Assembly (NCBI GenBank): GCA_964472655.1
Contig: CAYYLQ010000013.1
Location: 6,845-70,844, forward strand
Source: an uncultured Nitrospirales bacterium
GTDB lineage: Bacteria; Nitrospirota; Nitrospiria; Nitrospirales; NS-4
Reading direction: 5' to 3'
Length of the DNA stretch: 64,000 nt
Shown here: in pieces, positions 56,283-64,000 of the stretch
How the letters are laid out: every line of letters starts with the position of its first letter
Numbering within the stretch: the stretch's first letter is position 1
Program-made: the position numbers and the translations under genes
The notes under the pieces: model-generated
Database searches by the model: none
What the model saw: the letters and a program-made list of their open reading frames with translations, nothing else
What the model was told of the DNA's origin: nothing

Positions 56283-56872
56283 GGCCGGAAGAGGGCGTGC
56301 TCACGAGCCGCGGCCGCGCCATCGGCGCCGTACTGGGGTTACTGACCGACGAGCTGGTGGTCGCCTGCAACGGCTTTCCGTCGCGCGAGGCCTACACGCA
56401 GCGCGACCGACCGGAGAATTTTTACATGATCGGCTCGATGGGCTTGGCGCCGGCGATCGGGCTGGGGGTCTCCCTGGCGCAGCCCCGGCGGAAGGTGGTA
56501 GTGCTTGACGGCGACGGCAATGTGCTGATGGCCCTGGGCACGCTGGCGACGGTGGGCGCGCTCCAGCCGAAGAATTTGGTGCACATCGTGTTCGATAATG
56601 AAGTGTACGGCAGCACCGGCAATCAGCCGACGATCTCGCGAACCGTTCGTCTGGAGCAGGTGGCAAAGGCCGCCGGCTACAAGAACGTGGAACGGGTGCG
56701 GGAGTTGGATGACGCGGTGTATGAAGCGAAGGCCATGCTGAAGAAAGACGGTCCGAGCTTGCTGCTCGTGAAGGTGTCGGAGTTGGCGGACGACGTGGGG
56801 CGGGTCGAGATCGAACCGGCGGCCATGACCGAACGATTCCGGAAGGCCGCCATGCGAGGAACGACGGCATGA
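56279..56872 (+). CDS. phosphono/sulfopyruvate decarboxylase beta subunit (ComE-like, TPP-binding)
   Basis: FYMIGSMG, DGDGN, DN..YGSTG.Q; GTGA overlap. Confidence 0.85.
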   Translation: MRPEEGVLTSRGRAIGAVLGLLTDELVVACNGFPSREAYTQRDRPENFYMIGSMGLAPAIGLGVSLAQPRRKVVVLDGDGNVLMALGTLATVGALQPKNLVHIVFDNEVYGSTGNQPTISRTVRLEQVAKAAGYKNVERVRELDDAVYEAKAMLKKDGPSLLLVKVSELADDVGRVEIEPAAMTERFRKAAMRGTTA

Positions 56873-58176
56873 TCCTGCTGAACCCCGGTCCTGTGAACGT
56901 CTCCGAGCGCGTGCGGCAGGCCTTGCTGAAACCGGACATCTGCCATCGCGAGTCCGAATTCACCGATCTGATCGAAGGCATCCAGGACAAGCTCGTCCGT
57001 GCATTCGCTCCCTCGGGCGAGTATCTGCCCATCCTGATCACCGGTTCCGGCACGGCCGCGGTAGAGGCAGCCGTGACGTCCTGCCTGCCGCCCGGACGCC
57101 GCATCCTTGTCATCAAGAACGGCGTGTACTCGCAGCGGATCGCCTCGATCGCCGCCGCGCACAAGATGCAGAACATGGATATTCCCAGTGAGTGGGACCA
57201 GCGCTTCGACACCGAAACGGTGCCGGTTGCGCTCCGGCAGAATAAAGCCATCGAGGTGGTAGCCGTCGTTCACCACGAGACCGCCACCGGCCTGCTCAAC
57301 CCGGTCAAGGAGATCGGGGCGATCGTCAAGAAAGCCGGCCGCACTCTCCTGGTGGACGGCGTCAGCAGCCTCGCCGGCGAGGAGCTCGATTTCGTGTCCT
57401 CCAACGTCGGCTTGATCGCCGGTTCGTCGGGCAAGTGCATCCAGGGCTTTCCCGGCGTCGGTTTCGTCATGGTCCGCCGCGACATCATGGAACAGATGGT
57501 GACCTACGAGCAGCGCTCCGTCTATTTCCATCTGCCCACCTACTACAAACATCTCGAAGAGGGCTCCATTCCGTTCACGCCCGCGGTGCAACTCTACTAC
57601 GCGTTCGACGAAGCGCTGAACGAGCTCCTCGATGAGGGGGTCGCGACCCGCATCGCGCGCTACCGCAAGATGGCGCGCCTGATCAGGAACCGCATGCGGG
57701 CCATCCGGATGAAGTTCTTCCTGCGCGAACCGTTGTGGTCAAGCACCCTCACGGCCTTCAACCTGCCGGAGGGCGTGTACTACGATCATCTGCATGACCT
57801 GCTGCGCGAGCGTGGGTACGTGATTTACGCCGGCCAGGCGCAGCTGGCGAACACGCTGTTCCGCGTGGCCAACATGGGAGCGCTCACCGAGGCCAACATC
57901 ACGGGCTTTCTGGATGCCTTCGAGGAGGTCTTGCCGAAAGCGCGTAAGCTGGGCGAGGAACGGATGGGCGAGATGGACCGTCTGGGCGCCGAGCGGGTAG
58001 AGAAGGCGGAGCGCGAGGCGGCCGAGGCGAAGGCGGCCGAAGAAGCGGCGAAAGCTGCGGAAGAGGCCAGGAAGGCCGAGGAAGCCGCCAAGAAAGCCGA
58101 AGCGGACGAGAAAAAGAAAAGCGATGCGGAGGACGCGACGACCGAAGACAAACCCGAAGTGAAGTCGGGCGCGTGA
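56869..58176 (+). CDS. class V aminotransferase (2-aminoethylphosphonate transaminase-like) with Ala/Glu/Lys tail
   Basis: LLNPGP, GSGTAAVE, VHHETATG, DGVSS, SSGKCIQG, PFTP. Confidence 0.82.
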   Translation: MILLNPGPVNVSERVRQALLKPDICHRESEFTDLIEGIQDKLVRAFAPSGEYLPILITGSGTAAVEAAVTSCLPPGRRILVIKNGVYSQRIASIAAAHKMQNMDIPSEWDQRFDTETVPVALRQNKAIEVVAVVHHETATGLLNPVKEIGAIVKKAGRTLLVDGVSSLAGEELDFVSSNVGLIAGSSGKCIQGFPGVGFVMVRRDIMEQMVTYEQRSVYFHLPTYYKHLEEGSIPFTPAVQLYYAFDEALNELLDEGVATRIARYRKMARLIRNRMRAIRMKFFLREPLWSSTLTAFNLPEGVYYDHLHDLLRERGYVIYAGQAQLANTLFRVANMGALTEANITGFLDAFEEVLPKARKLGEERMGEMDRLGAERVEKAEREAAEAKAAEEAAKAAEEARKAEEAAKKAEADEKKKSDAEDATTEDKPEVKSGA

Positions 58177-58179
58177 TCC

Positions 58180-58932
58180 ATGAAGGCCGTGATCCTGGCA
58201 GCGGGTGTCGGCAAGCGTCTCGGAGCCGTAACGGGGAACCGGCCCAAGTGCCTTCTCGAAATCGGGGGGCGGTCTCTTCTCGTTCGGTATCTCGACGCGC
58301 TGCTGGAAGTCGGCATCAAGTCGGCCGTACTGGTGGTGGGCCACCAGCAGGAGCTGATCCGGAAGGCGGTCGGTGATGCGTACCGGGGGCTCGCCCTTCG
58401 CTACATCGTCAACGATCAGTACCAGCGGGGCAGCCTCTATTCGCTGTGGCTCGCCCGTGCGGCCTTCGACGACGATCTCCTGATCATGGACGCGGACGTT
58501 CTGTGCCCGGCGTCGTTCGTGGCGCGGTTGGTCAACTCGCCGCACCCGAATGCGATCCTGATTGACGAGAGGGTGCGCCAGGATTCGGAGGAGCGGATGG
58601 CGGTCATCCGGGGGGGGCGGGTGGTTGCGCTCACGAAGCGGCCGCCGCCACAGCCGCCCGATCTGCTCGGCGAAGGCGTGGGGTTTCTCAAAATCACCGG
58701 GCGCGACAGCGAGGCAATGGTAGCGGCGATGGAGCCGTTCGTGGCGAAGGGCGCTCTCGACATGGAATACGAGGATACCTGGGAGGCCTTCTTCCGCGCC
58801 GTCCCGGTCGGATATGAGAAGATCGGCGGGCAGCCGTGGATCGAGATAGATTTTCCGGAGGACATCGCGCGCGCCGAGCGCGAGATTCTGCCGAAGTTAA
58901 CACAGGAAAGGGAGCAGAGGGCGAGCCTATGA
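58180..58932 (+). CDS. LicC/PntC-like phosphocholine/phosphonate cytidylyltransferase
   Basis: LAAGVGKRL, PKCLL, MDADV, EGVGF, WIEIDFPED. Confidence 0.82.
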   Translation: MKAVILAAGVGKRLGAVTGNRPKCLLEIGGRSLLVRYLDALLEVGIKSAVLVVGHQQELIRKAVGDAYRGLALRYIVNDQYQRGSLYSLWLARAAFDDDLLIMDADVLCPASFVARLVNSPHPNAILIDERVRQDSEERMAVIRGGRVVALTKRPPPQPPDLLGEGVGFLKITGRDSEAMVAAMEPFVAKGALDMEYEDTWEAFFRAVPVGYEKIGGQPWIEIDFPEDIARAEREILPKLTQEREQRASL

Positions 58933-59912
58933 GCATCCGCATGGATCAGATTCAGCCGATCATCGACCGCGAGTACGAGTACCTGATGTCCGAGCACCCG
59001 TGTTGGAGCCTGACGAAGGGCGATCAGGACCTGGAGTTGGTGGCTCACGCGCTCCGCGTGCTGCTCCACATGAAGACCACTCCGCAGCATCTCGCCGAGT
59101 ATCTCGCGCTGGTCGAGTGCCAGCACGCCGACGGGGGATGGGGCAAGATGTCTTCCGATAAGACGAGCGCGGCCTGGGTGACGGCCTTCTGCGCCCTGAT
59201 GCTGATTCGCGGGAATCTCCACTTGAAGAATCCTCGGATCGCCGAGGCGGTGAAGAAGTGCGTCCGCTATTTCCTGGACACCCAGAAGGAGGACGGGAAA
59301 TGGTCCGACCCCTCCTGGGCGGATTTGGACGCCGTCAGCCATCCGATCAGCTTCTTCGACGTCCTCCTGGCCGTCGGCCCGAACCTTCTGGATGCGCCGA
59401 CCCTGGCCAAGGTCAAGGAATCCTGGCGCAAGGGCATGAAGTTCATGCTCGACCGGCAGGCCGCCGACGGCGGCTGGTACGATCCGGAATTCCATCCCAC
59501 CGGCGTGGAGATCACTGCCCACTTGATCCAGGATTCCATTGTGGCCGACCTGGTCCTGACCGACGAGCTCAACGTGCGGAACTGCTGTCGGAAAGGCGTG
59601 ACGAAGCTGCTCTCGGTGCAGGCGGCCGACGGCTCCTGGGACGGCGAGAACGTGGACCACACCATGGACTGCACCAGATCCATCATGCTGGTCTGCAGCA
59701 TCCTGGGGACCAGGGCGCAGTGCGATCGGGCGATCGAGCGCGGGCTCGAGTGGATCCTGAAACACAAATGCGAGAAGGGCTGGCCTGACTTCCCGGGGAT
59801 GGAGACGAACCTCGAGCGGACCTGCGACGGGCTCGACACCCTGCTCAAGTACAAGTCCTACAGCCAGCCGGTCGCGACGGCGATCGTGAAGCTCTGGGGG
59901 TATGCCGCGTGA
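58929..59912 (+). CDS. prenyltransferase/squalene-cyclase QW-repeat alpha/alpha-barrel protein
   Basis: QHADGGW, QKEDGKW, QAADGGW, QAADGSW repeats; about 327 aa; no DxDD. Confidence 0.8.
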   Translation: MSIRMDQIQPIIDREYEYLMSEHPCWSLTKGDQDLELVAHALRVLLHMKTTPQHLAEYLALVECQHADGGWGKMSSDKTSAAWVTAFCALMLIRGNLHLKNPRIAEAVKKCVRYFLDTQKEDGKWSDPSWADLDAVSHPISFFDVLLAVGPNLLDAPTLAKVKESWRKGMKFMLDRQAADGGWYDPEFHPTGVEITAHLIQDSIVADLVLTDELNVRNCCRKGVTKLLSVQAADGSWDGENVDHTMDCTRSIMLVCSILGTRAQCDRAIERGLEWILKHKCEKGWPDFPGMETNLERTCDGLDTLLKYKSYSQPVATAIVKLWGYAA

Positions 59913-60220
59913 CCTTTCTGGCGAAGGTCGCCGAGATCCCGGACGGCGAGCGCAAGCTCATCCAGGTGGGCGGCGTCAGCGTCGCGGTCTTCCATCAGGA
60001 CGGGCGGTTTTACGCCCTGAACAACGCCTGCCCTCACCGCCAGGGGCCGCTGATCCGTGGAGCCCTGGAAAATTGGGGAGAAGGGGCGGTGTGCGCGATC
60101 CGCTGTCCCATGCACGGCTGGAAGTTCGATCTGGCGACGGGCGACAGCCACGGCCGTCCGGAGAATGCGACCGTGTATTCTCTCACGCAGAAGGGCGACG
60201 AACTCTACATCGAGATCTAG
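59909..60220 (+). CDS. Rieske [2Fe-2S] ferredoxin
   Basis: CPH...CPMH, WKFDLATG. Confidence 0.9.
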   Translation: MTFLAKVAEIPDGERKLIQVGGVSVAVFHQDGRFYALNNACPHRQGPLIRGALENWGEGAVCAIRCPMHGWKFDLATGDSHGRPENATVYSLTQKGDELYIEI

Positions 60221-61603
60221 ATGGACGGCTCTCCCATTGACAGCGCCCTGATCCTGGCCGCGACGCGGATTTTTCACCGGCCGGGCGAGCCGTTGCCGGC
60301 TGGTTCCCTGACGGTGGTGGGCGGGCTCTCCCTGTTTCAACGCACGGTGCTGACCCTGCAGCGCGGCGGGATCACGCGGGTCATTGTGCTGGCCGGGCGG
60401 GAGACCGAGGACTTGAAGCGGCAACTCCGGGGAGACAGCCGAGTCACAGCCGAGATCCGGTGGGTGCCGGTCCGGGAGTTCCCCGCCGACGACCCGCGAA
60501 CGTGGGAGGTTCTCACTGGCATATTCGGCAGGCCGTATCTGGTGGCGGGGACGGGCGCCGTTTTTCCGGCGAGCCTTGTCGCACGTCTGCGTGAAGAGGG
60601 CGGAAAAGATGAGCCGGTCGTCGTTGCGCGGAGGATGGCGGAGCACCAAGGGTTGCAGAATAAGGCAGAGGTGGTTCTCGAACTGCCCCTGCAGGGTGGT
60701 GGGGGCATGTTGCAGGCGGCCGCCGGAGTCGTCACGGTAGAGGAGGCGGCAGCGTTGGCGCTCGACGTGGACCTCGTAGCGCTTCCGACGACTTTTACGT
60801 CGCCTGGGTGGGCCGGCGCGCAGGGCGGGGAGCATCCCCTGCAGACCGCGATCGAGCGGGGGATCCGGCAAGGACAGGTCCGAATCCTGCCGTTGGGCGA
60901 GGACTGGTATCAGGACGTGTGCGCCGAAGGCGCCGCGACTCCCGAACAAGCCGAATGGGTCTTGCTGCGTTCGCTGAAGGGCGGCCTTGAAGGGTTCGTG
61001 GACCGGCATTTCAACCGGAAGTGCTCCAAGTGGATCACCCGCGCTCTGCTGCAAACGCCGCTCACGCCCAACGGCGTGACCGTGCTGGCCACGCTGGTCG
61101 GATTGCTCTCCGGAGCGGTTTTCGCGTGGGGCGGGTACGCCGCCGGCGTTGTGGGAGCGCTGCTTTTCCAGCTCTCGGCCGTCCTGGATTGCTGCGATGG
61201 GGAAGTCGCCCGCCTGAAGTTCATGGAATCGCCCTTCGGCGAGCAACTGGACGTGGCCCTCGACAACGTCGTGCACGTCGGCCTCTATGCCGGGATGGGA
61301 TGGGCCGCGTACCAATCGGGATGGGGGATCTCCGCGTTGACTCTGGGTGGGCTGGCGATCGTCGGCAACGTGGCGGCGTTCGCGGTCGTTCAGCGGGCGT
61401 TCCGGATGCGGGACGACCTGGCGGCCCCGCGCCGACGGCGCGTGGAGGCCATCCTGAACCGTCTCGTAAGCCGCGACTTTTCGGTCCTCATCCTGGCGCT
61501 GGCCCTCCTCGGGCATGTCGAGTGGTTCCTCGCGCTCGCCGCCGTCGGCTCCAACATCTTCTGGCCCACGCTGGCCTGGCAGCTCCGATCATCAACAACG
61601 TGA
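60221..61603 (+). CDS. degenerate NTP-transferase domain + CDP-alcohol phosphotransferase
   Basis: DCCDGEVAR....GEQLDVALD signature, TPN.VT; N-terminal VGGLSLFQR. Confidence 0.85.
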   Translation: MDGSPIDSALILAATRIFHRPGEPLPAGSLTVVGGLSLFQRTVLTLQRGGITRVIVLAGRETEDLKRQLRGDSRVTAEIRWVPVREFPADDPRTWEVLTGIFGRPYLVAGTGAVFPASLVARLREEGGKDEPVVVARRMAEHQGLQNKAEVVLELPLQGGGGMLQAAAGVVTVEEAAALALDVDLVALPTTFTSPGWAGAQGGEHPLQTAIERGIRQGQVRILPLGEDWYQDVCAEGAATPEQAEWVLLRSLKGGLEGFVDRHFNRKCSKWITRALLQTPLTPNGVTVLATLVGLLSGAVFAWGGYAAGVVGALLFQLSAVLDCCDGEVARLKFMESPFGEQLDVALDNVVHVGLYAGMGWAAYQSGWGISALTLGGLAIVGNVAAFAVVQRAFRMRDDLAAPRRRRVEAILNRLVSRDFSVLILALALLGHVEWFLALAAVGSNIFWPTLAWQLRSSTT

Positions 61604-61604
61604 C

Positions 61605-62615
61605 ATGACGCGGCTCACGCTCGTCCTTCTCCTGCTGGGCGTGGCGGTGCTATGCGGCCTTGTGCTCCACATCGGGCCGGCCACGCTGGTTGAGGAAGTC
61701 CGCAAGCTGGGCGTCAACGTCTGCTGGATTCTGCTGCCGTCGGTCGTCGTGTATGCGCTGGACGCGCTCGGTTGGCGCTACACGCTGGGCCACCATGCGG
61801 ACAAGATCCGGTTTGACCGGCTGTTCATGACCCGCATGGCCGGCGAAGCCGTGAACTACACGACGCCGGGACTGTATCTTGGCGGCGAGCCGATGAAGGC
61901 CTATCTGCTGAGCCGCCATCAGGTCCCGCTCGTGGACGGCATGGCCTCGGTCGTCACGGCCAAGACGACGATGACCTTCGCAGAAGTCACCTTCATCATG
62001 ATCGGGATCGGGCTGAGCGCGGTGCTCCTCGTCCATTCCGGCGACCTGCTGATGACGAGCCTGGTCGGGCTCGGTCTGCTGGGATTCGGCATGGGCCTGT
62101 TCGTGGCGGTCCAGCGATTCGGGCTCTTCGTCAGCCTTCTCCGGGTGCTGGAGCGCCTGGGCGTGAAGATCGCCTGGCTCCAGGCGCGTGAACACAGGCT
62201 GCGGGCCCTGGACGACGCGATCCGCGGCTTCTATGTCCGCGACCGGCGCGGGTTCCTGTTTTCGTTCCTGGCTTTTTTCGCAGGATGGCTGGTGGGCGCG
62301 GTGGAAGTGTACCTGATCCTCTATTTCCTGGGTCTGCCGGTGGACTGGCCGACGGCGATCGCGCTCGAGGCGCTGGCCGTGTTTGCGAAGGGCGGGACGG
62401 CGTTCATCCCCGGGAGCGTCGGCGGGCAGGAAGCGGGCACCGTCCTGCTGTTCGTGGCCTTCGGCTATACGGAAGCGGCCGGCGTGACGTTTGCAATCGT
62501 GCGTCGCATCCGGGAGATCGTCTGGATCGCGTTCGGCCTGTGGGCGCTGGGCATGCAGAACCGCAGTCTCTCGTCACCCGAGCCCTGCGACCGTCCCCCG
62601 CTCGCGCGCCCGTGA
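61605..62615 (+). CDS. lysylphosphatidylglycerol-synthase TM/flippase-like protein (HpnL/AglD2-like)
   Basis: GEAVNYTTP...GGEPMK, IPGSVGGQE, VRRIRE. Confidence 0.8.
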   Translation: MTRLTLVLLLLGVAVLCGLVLHIGPATLVEEVRKLGVNVCWILLPSVVVYALDALGWRYTLGHHADKIRFDRLFMTRMAGEAVNYTTPGLYLGGEPMKAYLLSRHQVPLVDGMASVVTAKTTMTFAEVTFIMIGIGLSAVLLVHSGDLLMTSLVGLGLLGFGMGLFVAVQRFGLFVSLLRVLERLGVKIAWLQAREHRLRALDDAIRGFYVRDRRGFLFSFLAFFAGWLVGAVEVYLILYFLGLPVDWPTAIALEALAVFAKGGTAFIPGSVGGQEAGTVLLFVAFGYTEAAGVTFAIVRRIREIVWIAFGLWALGMQNRSLSSPEPCDRPPLARP

Positions 62616-62679
62616 ATCCGAGTTTCATAACCGGCCGTCCTCCTCGCGGGGAACGGCCCAACAGAACCAGAGGGTGAGT

Positions 62680-63930
62680 ATGGAGAACAAGCCGGGTCCC
62701 TCAACCAACGCCGCTCCCGATACGGCCGACGAGCAGCAAGTCCTGAAGCTGTTCGACGAGGCACAGCGGCGCGCGCCCCAAGAAACGGTCGAACTGCTGC
62801 ATAAGCAATCCAATCCGGTGATCTCGAAGGTGCTGGCGATGCTCCACCCCGCCGCCGCGCTGAAGGTCCTCCTGCGCTTCCACGGCGATCGCCGGAGAGA
62901 GATCATGTCGGCGGCGTCCAAGGAGTACAGCGAACAATGGACGCGCAACCAGGCGTTTCCCGAGGGGACCGTGGGGCGGTTGATGGAACGCCCCGTCGCC
63001 GTGTACGGCCCGGACGTGACCGTCCAGGAGGCCGTGGCGCAATTGCGGGAGTTCGTGAAGCAGGCGTTCATCACCTACGGCTATGTGACCGACCAGCGCG
63101 GCAAGCTCCTGGGCGTCATCGTCATGCGCGAGCTGTTGCTGGCGGAACCGACGCAGCGGATGCGCGAAATCATGCTGCGGAATCCGTTCTACCTCGACGC
63201 GCGCCTTTCCGTTGCGGATGCCGCGCGCGCGGTCCTGCACATGCATTATCCGGTCTATCCGATCTGTGACGAGGCCGGGCGTCTGATCGGCCTCGTCCGG
63301 GGGGCGATCCTGTTCGAGGAGCAGGCCATCGAGATCAGCGCCCAGCCGGGCCGCATGGTCGGGGTGGAAGAGGAGGATCGGCTGACGACGCCGTGGTGGC
63401 GAAGCCTCAAGTTCCGCCATCCGTGGCTGCAACTCAACCTCTTGACGGCGTTCCTGGCCGCCGCGGTGGTCGGGATCTTTGAGCAGACGATCGAGCAGGT
63501 GGTAGCCTTGGCGGTTTTCCTGCCCGTCCTGGCCGGCCAATCGGGCAACACAGGCTGCCAGGCCCTGGCGGTCACCTTGCGTGGGATGACCTTGGGCGAG
63601 TTGCGCAAAGGAAGAGAGAAGCAGCTTGTGACGAAGGAGGCTCTGCTGGGGCTTCTGAACGGCACCCTGGTCGGCGTCACCGCGGGGGCCGGCATGTTCG
63701 TCTACGCCACCATCAACCACCATGCCGGGGCGCCGGTGCTGGCATTTGTCGTGTTTGTGGCGATGATTGCCAGTTGCATCATCAGCGGCCTCTCCGGGGC
63801 GCTGATCCCGATGGGGTTGAAAAAAATCGGAGTCGATCCAGCCACGGCGTCCAGCATTTTTCTGACGACGGCCACCGACATCGTCAGCATGGGCGTGTTT
63901 CTCTGGCTGGCCACGTGGCTGCTTTTATAG
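62680..63930 (+). CDS. mgtE: MgtE magnesium transporter
   Basis: CBS pair, PWL.LNL, QSGNTGCQ, DPATAS..FLTTATD. Confidence 0.9.
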   Translation: MENKPGPSTNAAPDTADEQQVLKLFDEAQRRAPQETVELLHKQSNPVISKVLAMLHPAAALKVLLRFHGDRRREIMSAASKEYSEQWTRNQAFPEGTVGRLMERPVAVYGPDVTVQEAVAQLREFVKQAFITYGYVTDQRGKLLGVIVMRELLLAEPTQRMREIMLRNPFYLDARLSVADAARAVLHMHYPVYPICDEAGRLIGLVRGAILFEEQAIEISAQPGRMVGVEEEDRLTTPWWRSLKFRHPWLQLNLLTAFLAAAVVGIFEQTIEQVVALAVFLPVLAGQSGNTGCQALAVTLRGMTLGELRKGREKQLVTKEALLGLLNGTLVGVTAGAGMFVYATINHHAGAPVLAFVVFVAMIASCIISGLSGALIPMGLKKIGVDPATASSIFLTTATDIVSMGVFLWLATWLLL

Positions 63931-64000
63931 TTCCTTTACACCCTTCCGAGGTTCTTGTTAGCATCGCCGGATGACGGGCCTTGCGTCCATTCTGTGGGTC

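Noticed and set aside
55794-56872. Coenzyme M biosynthesis (comDE)
   Set aside because: No comA/B/C in the window; the neighbours (AEP-type transaminase, cytidylyltransferase, CDP-alcohol transferase) fit a headgroup pathway better, though a sulfonate substrate is not excluded

Overview
GC-rich bacterial chromosome segment. Gene content suggests a Nitrospirota (Nitrospira-like) organism, but this is inference. The left part carries the lipB 3' end, gdhA, a D,D-carboxypeptidase, an FG-GAP lipoprotein and asnS. Next is a dcw cluster (rsmH to ftsZ) that lacks mraZ but keeps MraZ-type repeats and has a perfect DnaA box upstream, followed by pgeF-yggS-proC-yggT-divIVA-yggU and a serine hydrolase. 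The right part is accessory-rich: a CHASE2 cyclase preceded by two paralogous small lipoproteins ending in GGSGG (one has a CTG start and is absent from the ORF track), isoprenoid/hopanoid genes, a C4HC3 PHD-like zinc-finger protein, rtcB with a divergent unannotated small basic ArfA-like ORF, and a molybdate locus with a porin and a ModA fusion. The main candidate system is a split phosphonolipid-type pathway. It comprises a PepM-like enzyme with an atypical catalytic loop (EDNVFPKRCS) fused to a nucleotidyltransferase, and, about 16 kb away, an operon with a split decarboxylase, AEP-type transaminase, cytidylyltransferase, QW-repeat terpene-cyclase-like protein, Rieske ferredoxin, CDP-alcohol phosphotransferase and flippase-like protein. 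I saw no rRNA, tRNA, CRISPR array or transposase. All calls come from reading motifs by eye; no database searches were run.
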